From positions 1 to 60,585 of the IMG/VR virus record IMGVR_UViG_3300034110_000180: a stretch of DNA of 60,585 nucleotides; one strand, written 5' to 3'. The stretch is from a virus. Lineage: Duplodnaviria > Caudoviricetes. The translations under genes were made by a program, and so were the position numbers. This document shows, in pieces, positions 17,586-27,100 of the stretch. Position 1 is the stretch's first letter. Each line of letters starts with the position of its first letter. The notes beneath the pieces are model-generated. The model saw only the letters and a program-made list of their open reading frames with translations. It ran no database searches and was not told the DNA's origin.

Positions 17586-19150
17586 TCCACAAAGAAAAGA
17601 AGGCGGTTGTCCTACGCCTCAAAAACCCAAGTCGGGTGACCACGGTTATCCCGACTGCCAAACTGGTCACACACAACGGAGCGACACTGGTAGCAGTGCC
17701 GCACAGGCCCGACGAAACTCGGGTACTTCGCAACTTAGGCTTTGAGGTTCCTGACCCCATGCCTATGCACTACGACTGGCCCAAGGTCAGCGGACGCCAC
17801 GAACCCTTTGATGCTCAGCGTGAGACGGCATCGTTCTTGTCCATGAACAGCCGTGCGTTCTGCCTCAACGGCATGGGCACCGGCAAGACCAACAGCGCGC
17901 TGTGGGCCTACGACTATCTGCGCCGCACCAAGCAGGTCAAGAAGATGCTCGTGGTCTGTCCGCTGTCCACCATGGAGCGCACATGGGCTGACTCAGTGTT
18001 CAACACGTTCTCACACCTCGATGCTGTCGTGCTGCATGGGACACGTGAGCGGCGCAACAAACTGCTCAAGCAGGACGTTGACGTCTACATCATCAACATC
18101 GACGGGCTAGCATCCATCAAGGCCGAGCTGGCCAAGCGCCCTGACATTGACCTAATCGTGGTGGACGAGCTGGCTCTGGCCCGCAACTCCGGCACTGACC
18201 GATGGAAGATACTGAACGAAATCTGCAACAAGCAGGCCGCCCGCCGCGTGTGGGGCATGACCGGATCGCCGACACCTAACGCGCCAACAGATGCGTGGGC
18301 TCAATGCAAGCTGGTCACACCCGACAACCAGAACGTGCCGAAGTATTTCAGTGCGTTCCGCGACAAGGTCATGCGCCAACTGACTCAGTTCAAGTGGGCA
18401 CCACGGCAGGACGCCAACGACACCATCTACCAGATGATGCAACCGGCCATTCGATTCTCGCTGGATGACTGCACTGACTTGCCCGAGCAGACCTTCATTA
18501 CCCGTGAGGTTGCGCTGACTCCCGAGCAGGCCAAAGCCTACAAGGACATGCTGTCCAAGCTGGCGACGGACTACCAAGGCGGTCAGATTCTTGCGGTCAA
18601 CGAAGCAGTCAAGGCCAACAAGCTGATCCAGATCGCGTGTGGTGTCGCCTACGGGACAAACGGCGAAGAAGTCGTCATCCCGTCCAAGCCGCGCCTCGAC
18701 GTGGTCAAGGAGATCATCGAAGAGTCCGAGGGCAAAGTCATCGTGTTCGTGCCACTGACCGGGGCCCTTGAAAGCGTGGCGTCAGAACTGCGTAAGGACT
18801 GGGCGGTAGAAACGGTACATGGTGGCACAAGCAAGAGCGAACGTGACCGGATATTCGGTGAGTTCCAACGCAATGACGAACCCCGAGTTCTGGTGGCCAA
18901 CGCAGCAGCTATGAGCCATGGACTGACCCTTACGGCGGCGACGACCATTATTTGGTATGCGCCTGTCCACTCGAATGAAACCTACGAGCAGGCCTGTGCG
19001 CGAGTACGCAGGCCCGGCCAGACGAGAACCACGGTGATCGTCCACATTGCAGGCACTGACGTTGAGCGTCGGGTCTACAAGCGGCTTCAGGACAAGCAGT
19101 CAATGCAAGGCCTGTTGCTGGACATGATGAAAGAGCAGATCAAAGATTAA
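17579..19150 (+). CDS. SF2 (SNF2-like) helicase
   Basis: MGTGKT, VVDE, TGSP, HGLTL, QACARVRRPGQ. Confidence 0.92.
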   Translation: MLIHKEKKAVVLRLKNPSRVTTVIPTAKLVTHNGATLVAVPHRPDETRVLRNLGFEVPDPMPMHYDWPKVSGRHEPFDAQRETASFLSMNSRAFCLNGMGTGKTNSALWAYDYLRRTKQVKKMLVVCPLSTMERTWADSVFNTFSHLDAVVLHGTRERRNKLLKQDVDVYIINIDGLASIKAELAKRPDIDLIVVDELALARNSGTDRWKILNEICNKQAARRVWGMTGSPTPNAPTDAWAQCKLVTPDNQNVPKYFSAFRDKVMRQLTQFKWAPRQDANDTIYQMMQPAIRFSLDDCTDLPEQTFITREVALTPEQAKAYKDMLSKLATDYQGGQILAVNEAVKANKLIQIACGVAYGTNGEEVVIPSKPRLDVVKEIIEESEGKVIVFVPLTGALESVASELRKDWAVETVHGGTSKSERDRIFGEFQRNDEPRVLVANAAAMSHGLTLTAATTIIWYAPVHSNETYEQACARVRRPGQTRTTVIVHIAGTDVERRVYKRLQDKQSMQGLLLDMMKEQIKD

Positions 19151-19166
19151 CCACAAAGGAACCACA

Positions 19167-19550
19167 ATGAAACTGTCAGAAGCCGTAGAGATGTACATCA
19201 AGATGCGCGACAAAAAAGCAGCCATGAAGGCTGACTTTGACGCCAGCATTGCGCCCCTTAACGAGAATATGGAAAAGCTGGAAGCCAAGCTTCTGGACGT
19301 ATTCAACAAAACTGGCATGGACTCTGTGAAAACCGAGTTCGGTACTGCGTATGCCACCACACGCAGCACTGCCAGTATTGCCGATCGTGAGGTCTTCATG
19401 GATTATGTGAAGGCCAACGAAGAGTGGAGTTTGCTTGAGGCTCGTGTCTCCAAGACCGCAGTCGAGCAGTTCCGCTCAATCCATGACGACTTGCCCCCCG
19501 GAGTGAATGTCCGGACCGAGCGAGTAGTCAATGTCCGCCGTAGCGCTTAA
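19167..19550 (+). CDS. Conserved replication-module protein
   Basis: AAGGA SD; coiled coil plus LPPGV motif. Confidence 0.8.
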   Translation: MKLSEAVEMYIKMRDKKAAMKADFDASIAPLNENMEKLEAKLLDVFNKTGMDSVKTEFGTAYATTRSTASIADREVFMDYVKANEEWSLLEARVSKTAVEQFRSIHDDLPPGVNVRTERVVNVRRSA

Positions 19551-19577
19551 ACTCTCAACCCCAACCACCTAAGTATC

Positions 19578-20525
19578 ATGAACATCATCCCTTTCGATTC
19601 CGGCAGCAAGCTGCCCGCGTACCTCAAGCAAGTTGACGTCGCATCCCTGAACTCCGACCTGACCAGCCATGCTGGCGGTGGCTTCCCTGCAATCTCTATC
19701 AAGGGCAAAGTCTTTGCCGTGGTGCGTGACGGCGAGCGCGAAGTTCTGCGTAACCCCAAAGACCCTGACAGCGCCGCGACCAGCTTAGACGTTGTGTTGC
19801 TCAAGGCCAACAAGGGCACCAGCAAGGTGTTCTACCTCAAGGGCTACAACCCTGAGCAGAGCGAAGGCCAGAAGCCGGACTGCTACTCCGGTGACGGCAT
19901 CACCCCAGCTGGCGACGCCAAGACACCTCAGGCCAAGAAGTGCGCTACCTGCCCACACAACCAGTGGGGCTCGCGTGTCACTGAGAAGGGTAACTCCAAG
20001 GGCAAGGCCTGTAACGACACTGTGCGTATGGCTGTGGCCGCCGCCGGTCTGTTGAATGACCCCATGCTGCTGCGTGTGCCACCTGCATCCATCCGTGCGT
20101 TGGGTGAGTATGGTCAGACACTGGCCAAGCGTGGCGTTGCGTACAACATGGTTGTCACCAAGGTTGCCTTCGACATGGACGCTGAGTCCCCCAAGTTGAC
20201 GTTCAAGCCTGTCGGCTTCCTCGACGACGCTGCATACGCAGAAGTCCAAGAGACCGTTGAGTCCGACATCGTGGCCAACATCTTGGGTGCCAGCTTCAAT
20301 GCCGTCGAAGCAGCTCCTCCCGCCGAAGACACCGAGGTGCCCGAGGATGCTCCAGCCCCTGCGGCCAAGCCAGCTCCTGCAGCCAAGGAAGAAGTCGCAG
20401 CGGAAGAAGCTCCAGCCCCCGCACCAGTGGCCAAGCCCAAGGCAGCTGCAAAGCCCGCTCCAAAGCCAGCCCCTGTTGAGGACGACCTCGACCTCGATCT
20501 GGACGGTATCAGCTTCGACGACTGA
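19578..20525 (+). CDS. Putative single-stranded DNA-binding protein
   Basis: Cys motifs, Pro/Ala linker, acidic aromatic C-tail DDLDLDLDGISFDD; position in replication module. Confidence 0.65.
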   Translation: MNIIPFDSGSKLPAYLKQVDVASLNSDLTSHAGGGFPAISIKGKVFAVVRDGEREVLRNPKDPDSAATSLDVVLLKANKGTSKVFYLKGYNPEQSEGQKPDCYSGDGITPAGDAKTPQAKKCATCPHNQWGSRVTEKGNSKGKACNDTVRMAVAAAGLLNDPMLLRVPPASIRALGEYGQTLAKRGVAYNMVVTKVAFDMDAESPKLTFKPVGFLDDAAYAEVQETVESDIVANILGASFNAVEAAPPAEDTEVPEDAPAPAAKPAPAAKEEVAAEEAPAPAPVAKPKAAAKPAPKPAPVEDDLDLDLDGISFDD

Positions 20526-20587
20526 TAAACAGGGGGCCAGTGCGTATCTTTTTTGATGCGGTTAAAGTACACTGGCCCTCGATCTCC

Positions 20588-20608
20588 AAGCCCGCCTGCG
20601 GGCTTTTT
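20588..20608 (+). terminator. Rho-independent terminator, preceded by a longer hairpin at 20534-20578
   Basis: AAGCCCGC-ct-GCGGGC-TTTTT. Confidence 0.65.
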
Positions 20609-20662
20609 CCTTTTCTGGAGCAGTCATGAGTTGCGTAAATACAACAGCCGAGAGGGCGAGCA

Positions 20663-23600
20663 ATGGACACCCTTGAGTTTCTCAAAGCCATACTCCCAGA
20701 GCACGGCATCCACTATCTGGCCTTGTTCAAAGAAGGCTACAAATTCCCGGCTCATAAGGTCTACACTGACCTTGAGACCATGGCAGACGCCATTGAAGGT
20801 ATGGCTGGCAGCAAGCAGCTGTCGGTGTACCACGCGTGTGCAACATATAAGAAGGCCGTCATCGAGTTGGACGAGCTGGACAAGAACGGCAACAACAAGC
20901 GCAAGTACCGCATCCCTGAGAACTGGGACAAGGCCCGGTCATTCTGGGTGGACGTGGATTGCGGCCAAGACAAGTTCGACAAGGGTCAGGGTTACCTGAC
21001 CAAGAAAGACGCTGCTGTGGCCATGGCCAAGTTCGCCAAGGACGTCGGCATCCCACGCCCCATGCTTGTAGATTCAGGCAATGGCATCCATGCGTACTGG
21101 CCACTGACCAAGGACATTGGTCCTGAACTCTGGCGCAAGATTGCTACGGTGCTCAAGTCCACGCTGGCCCACTGCAAGGTGATCGCCGACCCAACCCGTA
21201 CAGCCGACTTCAGCTCCATCCTCCGCCCTGCGGGCTCAACCAACCGCAAGAACGGCGACGCCAAGGCAGTCAAGGTGCTGGCCACCTGCGAGGCCATCGA
21301 CCCCAAAGAGTTTGCAACCCCGCTGTTTGCGTTTGCCAAAGAGCACGACGTCAAGCTGATCCGCGAGGCACCGAAGAAACAGTATCAGCCGACTGATCTT
21401 AATTCGGACCTGACCGCCCACCTACCCCAGTACCCTGAGATTCCAGTCGACGCCGACGAGATGGCCAGCAAGTGCCAGCAAGCGGGCAAGATGCGCGACA
21501 CCATGGGCGACGTGGAGTACGAAGTCTGGCGTCGGGTTATCGGCCTGCTGACATTCTGCGAGAACGGTCGTGAGACGGCCCAAGCATGGACATCCAACCG
21601 CGAAGAGTCTGGCCACACCAACCTCGACTGGGATGTGAAGTACGACTCTTGGAACGCCGGTCCAACCACCTGCGAGTCTTTCCAGAGATGCAACCCTGAC
21701 GGGTGCAACGGCTGCCAGTTCAAGGGCAAGGTCACCACGCCACTGCAGCTGGGCAGGGTTATCCCTGAGCCCGCCGAGTCCGTCGAGGAGACCGTCAGCG
21801 AGGAAGGCGTGGCCACCGAGACTGCCATACCGGCCCTGCCGCACAGCTACCAGTGGAACTCGGGCTTGCTCAGCCGAATGCTGCCAGACAAGGAAGGCGT
21901 GCTCCAAGCGTTCCCGTTCTGCGAGAACCTGTTCTACCCGACAACCCGCATCCGTGGTGAGGACGGCACGTTCCGTTACGGCATACGCCTGCACTTGCCA
22001 GACAAGCGCGTGCGGGACTTCGAGATTTCCGGCGAGTCAGTGGCATCCCCCACCGACCTGCTGCGGGCCATGGCCCGTTACGAACTGACCAAGAGCAACC
22101 ACAAGAACGCAGGAGAGCACATGGCCGCATACCTGTTGGACCAACTGCAAGCGCTCAAGCGCAACATCACTGAGACCAACACGCTGACAGCGTTTGGTTA
22201 CAAGGACGACAACAAGTCCTTCCTGATCGGCGAGACACTGTATGAGGCCGACGGCTCCGAGCGTACGGTGCTGGTCGGTGGTAACGCCAAGGAGCGAGTC
22301 GCCACATTCAAGAACAGCCGTGGCAGCCTTGAGGGCTACGCCAAGGCCCTGAACTTCATGTACAACCGCCCCGGCGCGGTCCACTGGCAGTACACCGTCT
22401 GTGCTGGCTGGGGTTCGTTGCTTTCTCACCACTGCGAAGACCTGTACAAAGGTCTTATCCTTGCCCTGCAAGGCGGCAAGTCTGGTCGGGGTAAGACCAC
22501 TGCGTGCCATGCGGCGCTGGCCGCGTTCGGCAATCCAGAGAAGCTGACCCTGAACTCCAAGGACGGCTTTACCACCAACGCCCTGTGGGCTACGCTCGGT
22601 GTGTTCAACAACATCCCGGTGCTGGTCGACGAGCTGACTGGTATGGACTCAGCGGTGTTCAGTGACGTGGCCTACGGCGTGTCCAACGGACAAGACAAAG
22701 TTCGTCTGGTGTCCAAGAACGGCGGCGTGGTGTTCGCCAAGTCGTCCGAGTGGCGTCTGAACGTGTACATCACAGGCAACCGTGACTTCTACGGCCTGCT
22801 GGCGGCCAACCAAGCCAACTCCCAAGCGGAAGCTGTGCGCCTGATCCAGCTCAACGTGGACCGCTACGACGCGCTCATGCTGGTCAAGAGGTCCGACTAC
22901 CCCAAGACCGAAGAGGGCGAAGACGCTTGGAGGGCAGCTTCTGCCATGGTGGCAGCGGAGAACATCAAGAAGATGACAGCCAACTCCGGCCATGCTGGCG
23001 TGGCCATGGTTCAGTACATTCTGGCCAACCGCGAAGAAGTCCACAAGGACATGCAGCTGATGCTCAACAAGTTCACTGAGGTTCTGTCCGACCCCAAGTA
23101 CCGCTTTTACCGTGCGCACAGCGCCTGCACCATCGTCATCGCCAAGATCGCCCGCAAGCTGGGCATTATGGAGTTCGACCTCAAGGAGATGTACAAGTTC
23201 ACCGTCAACTTGCTGCGCGATCTGGCCGAGTCCGTCGACGAGAACAACACAGTGTCCTCCGAAGATGCGTTCCAGCGCATGGTCAGCGTGCTCAGCTCAA
23301 GGATCATCGTCACCACCGAGTGCCGGGACCGCCGCGATGGCCGGGGGCCAGAGACGCCGCGCAACAGGGTCAACGGCCCGATTGCTGGCAGATACATCTT
23401 GGGTACGCAGCACAGCAAGGAAATGGCTGGGCGCTTGATCTTGTCTCAGAAGGAAGTGCGCGAATGGTGCATGGCCAACCGCATGGACTATCACTCCATG
23501 CTCAACAGCCTGCAAGAAGCCGGAGCACTGCTATCCCACGGGGAGAAGTTCGTTGTGACTCGCGGCACTGACTGCACGTCCATGCAGACACGCTGCATCA

Positions 23601-23695
23601 TCGTTGACACCAACAAAATGCACGCGGAGGTAAATGCCCCGGTGTTGTCGCTTGTCAGCAACCAGTTTGACGGTGACGCTGTCGGCAGTGTATGA
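20663..23695 (+). CDS. Primase-helicase (AEP/RepB-like primase plus DUF927-type helicase)
   Basis: WVDVD, SGNGIHAYW, Cys cluster, Walker A GGKSGRGKTT, LVDE. Confidence 0.85.
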   Translation: MDTLEFLKAILPEHGIHYLALFKEGYKFPAHKVYTDLETMADAIEGMAGSKQLSVYHACATYKKAVIELDELDKNGNNKRKYRIPENWDKARSFWVDVDCGQDKFDKGQGYLTKKDAAVAMAKFAKDVGIPRPMLVDSGNGIHAYWPLTKDIGPELWRKIATVLKSTLAHCKVIADPTRTADFSSILRPAGSTNRKNGDAKAVKVLATCEAIDPKEFATPLFAFAKEHDVKLIREAPKKQYQPTDLNSDLTAHLPQYPEIPVDADEMASKCQQAGKMRDTMGDVEYEVWRRVIGLLTFCENGRETAQAWTSNREESGHTNLDWDVKYDSWNAGPTTCESFQRCNPDGCNGCQFKGKVTTPLQLGRVIPEPAESVEETVSEEGVATETAIPALPHSYQWNSGLLSRMLPDKEGVLQAFPFCENLFYPTTRIRGEDGTFRYGIRLHLPDKRVRDFEISGESVASPTDLLRAMARYELTKSNHKNAGEHMAAYLLDQLQALKRNITETNTLTAFGYKDDNKSFLIGETLYEADGSERTVLVGGNAKERVATFKNSRGSLEGYAKALNFMYNRPGAVHWQYTVCAGWGSLLSHHCEDLYKGLILALQGGKSGRGKTTACHAALAAFGNPEKLTLNSKDGFTTNALWATLGVFNNIPVLVDELTGMDSAVFSDVAYGVSNGQDKVRLVSKNGGVVFAKSSEWRLNVYITGNRDFYGLLAANQANSQAEAVRLIQLNVDRYDALMLVKRSDYPKTEEGEDAWRAASAMVAAENIKKMTANSGHAGVAMVQYILANREEVHKDMQLMLNKFTEVLSDPKYRFYRAHSACTIVIAKIARKLGIMEFDLKEMYKFTVNLLRDLAESVDENNTVSSEDAFQRMVSVLSSRIIVTTECRDRRDGRGPETPRNRVNGPIAGRYILGTQHSKEMAGRLILSQKEVREWCMANRMDYHSMLNSLQEAGALLSHGEKFVVTRGTDCTSMQTRCIIVDTNKMHAEVNAPVLSLVSNQFDGDAVGSV

Positions 23696-23743
23696 TTCGA
23701 CCGCCGGCTTGCCATGGCCGGTTCCTTTGTGGTTGAAGACTTC

Positions 23744-23775
23744 GCCCCCGAGCTGCAAAGCCCGGGGGCTTTTTT
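23744..23775. terminator. Terminator at the convergence of the two arms
   Basis: GCCCCCG..CGGGGGC-TTTTTT. Confidence 0.7.
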
Positions 23776-23912
23776 CACTTCTTGGCTTTGGCGAGGCAGG
23801 TGCCTGCTTTGGCGCACTTGGCTGGGTTGGGGCAGCCCTTGCAGGGCTTGAAGGGTGCAGCTTTTTTGCCTGCGGTTTTGGCCGGGGCCATCATCTTTTT
23901 ACCGTACATCAT
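23775..23912 (-). CDS. 45-aa basic Cys4 peptide (not in ORF track)
   Basis: GGAG SD; MMYGKK..PCKGCPNPAKCAKAGTCLAKAKK. Confidence 0.7.
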   Translation of the reverse strand: MMYGKKMMAPAKTAGKKAAPFKPCKGCPNPAKCAKAGTCLAKAKK

Positions 23913-23924
23913 GGGAATCTCCAG

Positions 23925-24179
23925 TTAGCATTTCCAAGCCCGCAGGCTTTTGTTGATCCGACTGTTGGGGTCTTTGGCAGTTTTTTCACTGGTCAGCTTC
24001 TCCTTCATGCCCTCCATGCGAGCGCAGAATGAGTCACGTCGTGGGCCACCTTCAGGTTGAGGGGCCTTAAGCCCGGGCTTGCCGGGGTTGGCTTTATTGT
24101 ATGAGGCGCGCCCCTTGGCGTTGAGTCCGCCTTTTTCGGACTTGCCTTCTTTGCGTGTCCACGCTGGTGTCTTGGCCAT
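23925..24179 (-). CDS. Small basic phage protein (DUF6321-like)
   Basis: AWTRKEGK..GGLNAKGRASY..RRDSFCARM..SLRAWKC; AAGGAG SD. Confidence 0.8.
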   Translation of the reverse strand: MAKTPAWTRKEGKSEKGGLNAKGRASYNKANPGKPGLKAPQPEGGPRRDSFCARMEGMKEKLTSEKTAKDPNSRINKSLRAWKC

Positions 24180-24189
24180 AGGGTTCTCC

Positions 24190-27100
24190 TTAGTTGGCGG
24201 CTACATCTTCGGCCAGCTTGCGCTGGTCCTTGCGGTACTGCACACCACCGACGGTGCGCTGCTCGCGCTGCGCTTGCTCCTGCGGTGCCTTCAGCAGGTC
24301 CGACACTGGCTGTGGCTTGAGGCCGTTGCGCTGGCGAGTCTGCTGCAGTTTAGTCCATGCTTCACGGGCTTCCTGCATGGAGGCGGTGTCCTTCTGGCGC
24401 ACTGCTTTGGCGTACTGGTTCTTGATGCTCTTGGTGCGATCTTGGAAGTTTTCCGTGATGTCGCGCATGCGGTTCTGACGCTCGTAGGTGACAGCCTGTT
24501 TTACAGACGGCACGCCCAGTCCAGTCATGATCGCTGACATCGCACTGATTTCGCTTTCAGGCAGGATCACGTCGCCGTTACGGCGAGTCATACCTTCCGT
24601 GGCCAAGCGGCCAGCCTTTAACGCATCCGACACGCCCTTAGGCATGATCTGCTCAATGCCTTTGTAGTAGTCGCCTTGGCCCATACGGATCAGACCGTCG
24701 GCCATCCGGGTGGTCATACCCAGAGAAGCGCCGCCCAACAATGTTCCAAACGCTTCGGCGCGACCGGCGGTAGTGCTCAGATCAGCATCACTGAACGGCA
24801 TGATGGACAGCATGTTGCCCGAGCCGATCTTGCCGGACAGGTCCACGCCAGCCAGCGTTGGAGCGCCGCGCATAATCATGTCAGCCCACTCAGGGCCGAT
24901 GGCTTTGCGCATGTCGGCAGTCAGGTCGTACGGCTCATCGTCGTCACCGAAGGCACCCAAGACAAACGCAATGGCCGCATACCCGGGCAGGCCCATCATG
25001 CCAGCAAACGCCGCAGTGTGGCCCAACGAGTAGGCCAGTGTCTTCATGGCCGCAGCACGCTCGTCTGGCTTGGTGAATGCATCACGAATCAGCTTGGCAT
25101 AGAACGCGATCTGGATCAACTGGAACTTGCGGAACTGCAGCGCGATCTTGCCCCACTGGGTGTTGAAGACTCGAGGAGCGTTGAACGCTGTGTAGTCGCC
25201 GTGCGTGTCCGTCAGGATGTCAGCAGCGTACTGGGTTGCTGCAGCTCTAGGGTCTGCAATTTTTGGGTCTTTTTTAGCCCGCTCAAACTCCAGACGGTAG
25301 GCGGCGATGGCTGTAGACAGTCGGTTGACCGCTTCAGTTTTCTGCACGGCCATGCGCATGCCCTTGTTCAGGCGCTGCGCGAACTTGCTGAGTTTGTTGT
25401 CGGCGTCGACCTTGTACTCGTTGATCTCAGTGGCCAGACCGATGTCGATCTTGCCTTGGTTGACCAAGTCGTTGATGGCCTTGCGCACGTCGGCAGGCAC
25501 CTTGGAGAAGTCAAACTGCTGGTCGATCAACTTCACGTCCTTGAACAGCGGGGCCAGATCAGTGTAGGCCTTGGCCATTTCCGACGCGGCCTTGGTGTAG
25601 TCATGGCGACCCGCCATGGCAGGCAGCGACATCATGAACGGCTGTGTCAAGTTCTGCAGGTAGTACGCAGGGCTGGAGGCCAAGAAGAACTTGGATGCCA
25701 GATTGGTCAGGCCACTGACCCACGTGTTTACCTTGACGTCCAGCGAGTCTGCGTAGCGCTGGGTCAGCTCGTTGAAGAGTTCCGACTTGCGCTCACGGTC
25801 ACCAGAGCGGGATTCATTGCGCATGTTCTGCAGCTGGTCTTGCACCAGTGGCTCGAACTGTACGTTGGCCATAAAGTTGGCGTCGGCTCGGCCTTGCTGT
25901 GTGAACGACTGGAGCATGTCCACTTCACCGGCGATACCACGGCGGCGCATCTCAGACTTGCGGGCGCTGCCCTCAGCCAATGCCTCCAAGTACAACTGGT
26001 TGATGATGGACAGCATCTTGCCAGCAGTGGGGTCAGCGCCAACCCGCTTGTCCACAGCAGCGCGCATATTGGTCAGCGCCGGCAGAAGCGCCTCGCCACT
26101 GAAAGCTTTTTCAAACGCTTCTGAGCGTGTAACAAGGTTCAGTTCGTCGAACGCGCCCTGCTCTTCCAGCCGGTCTTTCAGGCTGCGGGCTTCCCACTTG
26201 CTGTCAGCAAAGCTCACATGGTAGTGGTCCGGATCAGACTCGAGCGCCTTGACGCGCTTGGTGTCGTTGGCTTTTACGGCGGCCATGTACTCTTTGGACT
26301 TGCCGATCACGACGTGGGTTCCATTGCGCTTGATGGGCGCGTAGGGCATTCCCTCACGCAGACGGAACAGTGTCTGGAACCGCTTGAGCGAAGCTGCCTT
26401 CTCGGCCTTGAGGGCTGCCAAATTTTCTTTGGCTTTCTCCAAAGCTTCTTCGTCGGTGGTGACGTTGACTAAGGCTTGCGACTCTTTAATCATGGCGTCG
26501 TACTCGGACGTTGCCGCATCCAAGACAACCTTCTTCTTGTCGGCCAGCATCTTGTCGCCGTGGGCGAACACGTCCTTGATGAACTTCTGAGCCTTTGACT
26601 CTCGACCGCCGGGCAACGCCATGGCATCGAACGCAGCTCCCATCTTGGGATCGCGGTATTTGCCGTAGCCCCACTTGCCGGTGCGTGTGGACTCGAACAG
26701 GAAGTCGTTGACACTGCCACGGGCGGAGCCTTTGAACTGCTGCTCGATGTTGGCATAGCCGTCGGCGATCTTCTCGATCTCGCGCTCCAGCTCACTGACA
26801 CGGGAGGCCCGGCGGGCCAGCACGTCGGCAAACTTCTGAGCCGATGGCATACCAGCGGCCACTGCACGCTTGACCAAGTCACTGGTGAACACAGCGTAGT
26901 CCAGATACTTGCCACCCAGATCGCCGAGAGCGCCTACAGTGTTGCGGACCGGCTGCCGCAGCTGCTTGGGCAGCTTGCGTACATTGCTGTCGATCAGGCC
27001 TTTTCTTTGGCGACTGGCTCGAGAAACTGCGCCAACAGGCTGCGCCCCTTGCTGTCCAGCTTGAACTTGTCCTGACTGAGCACCTTGCTGGGCACCTTGG

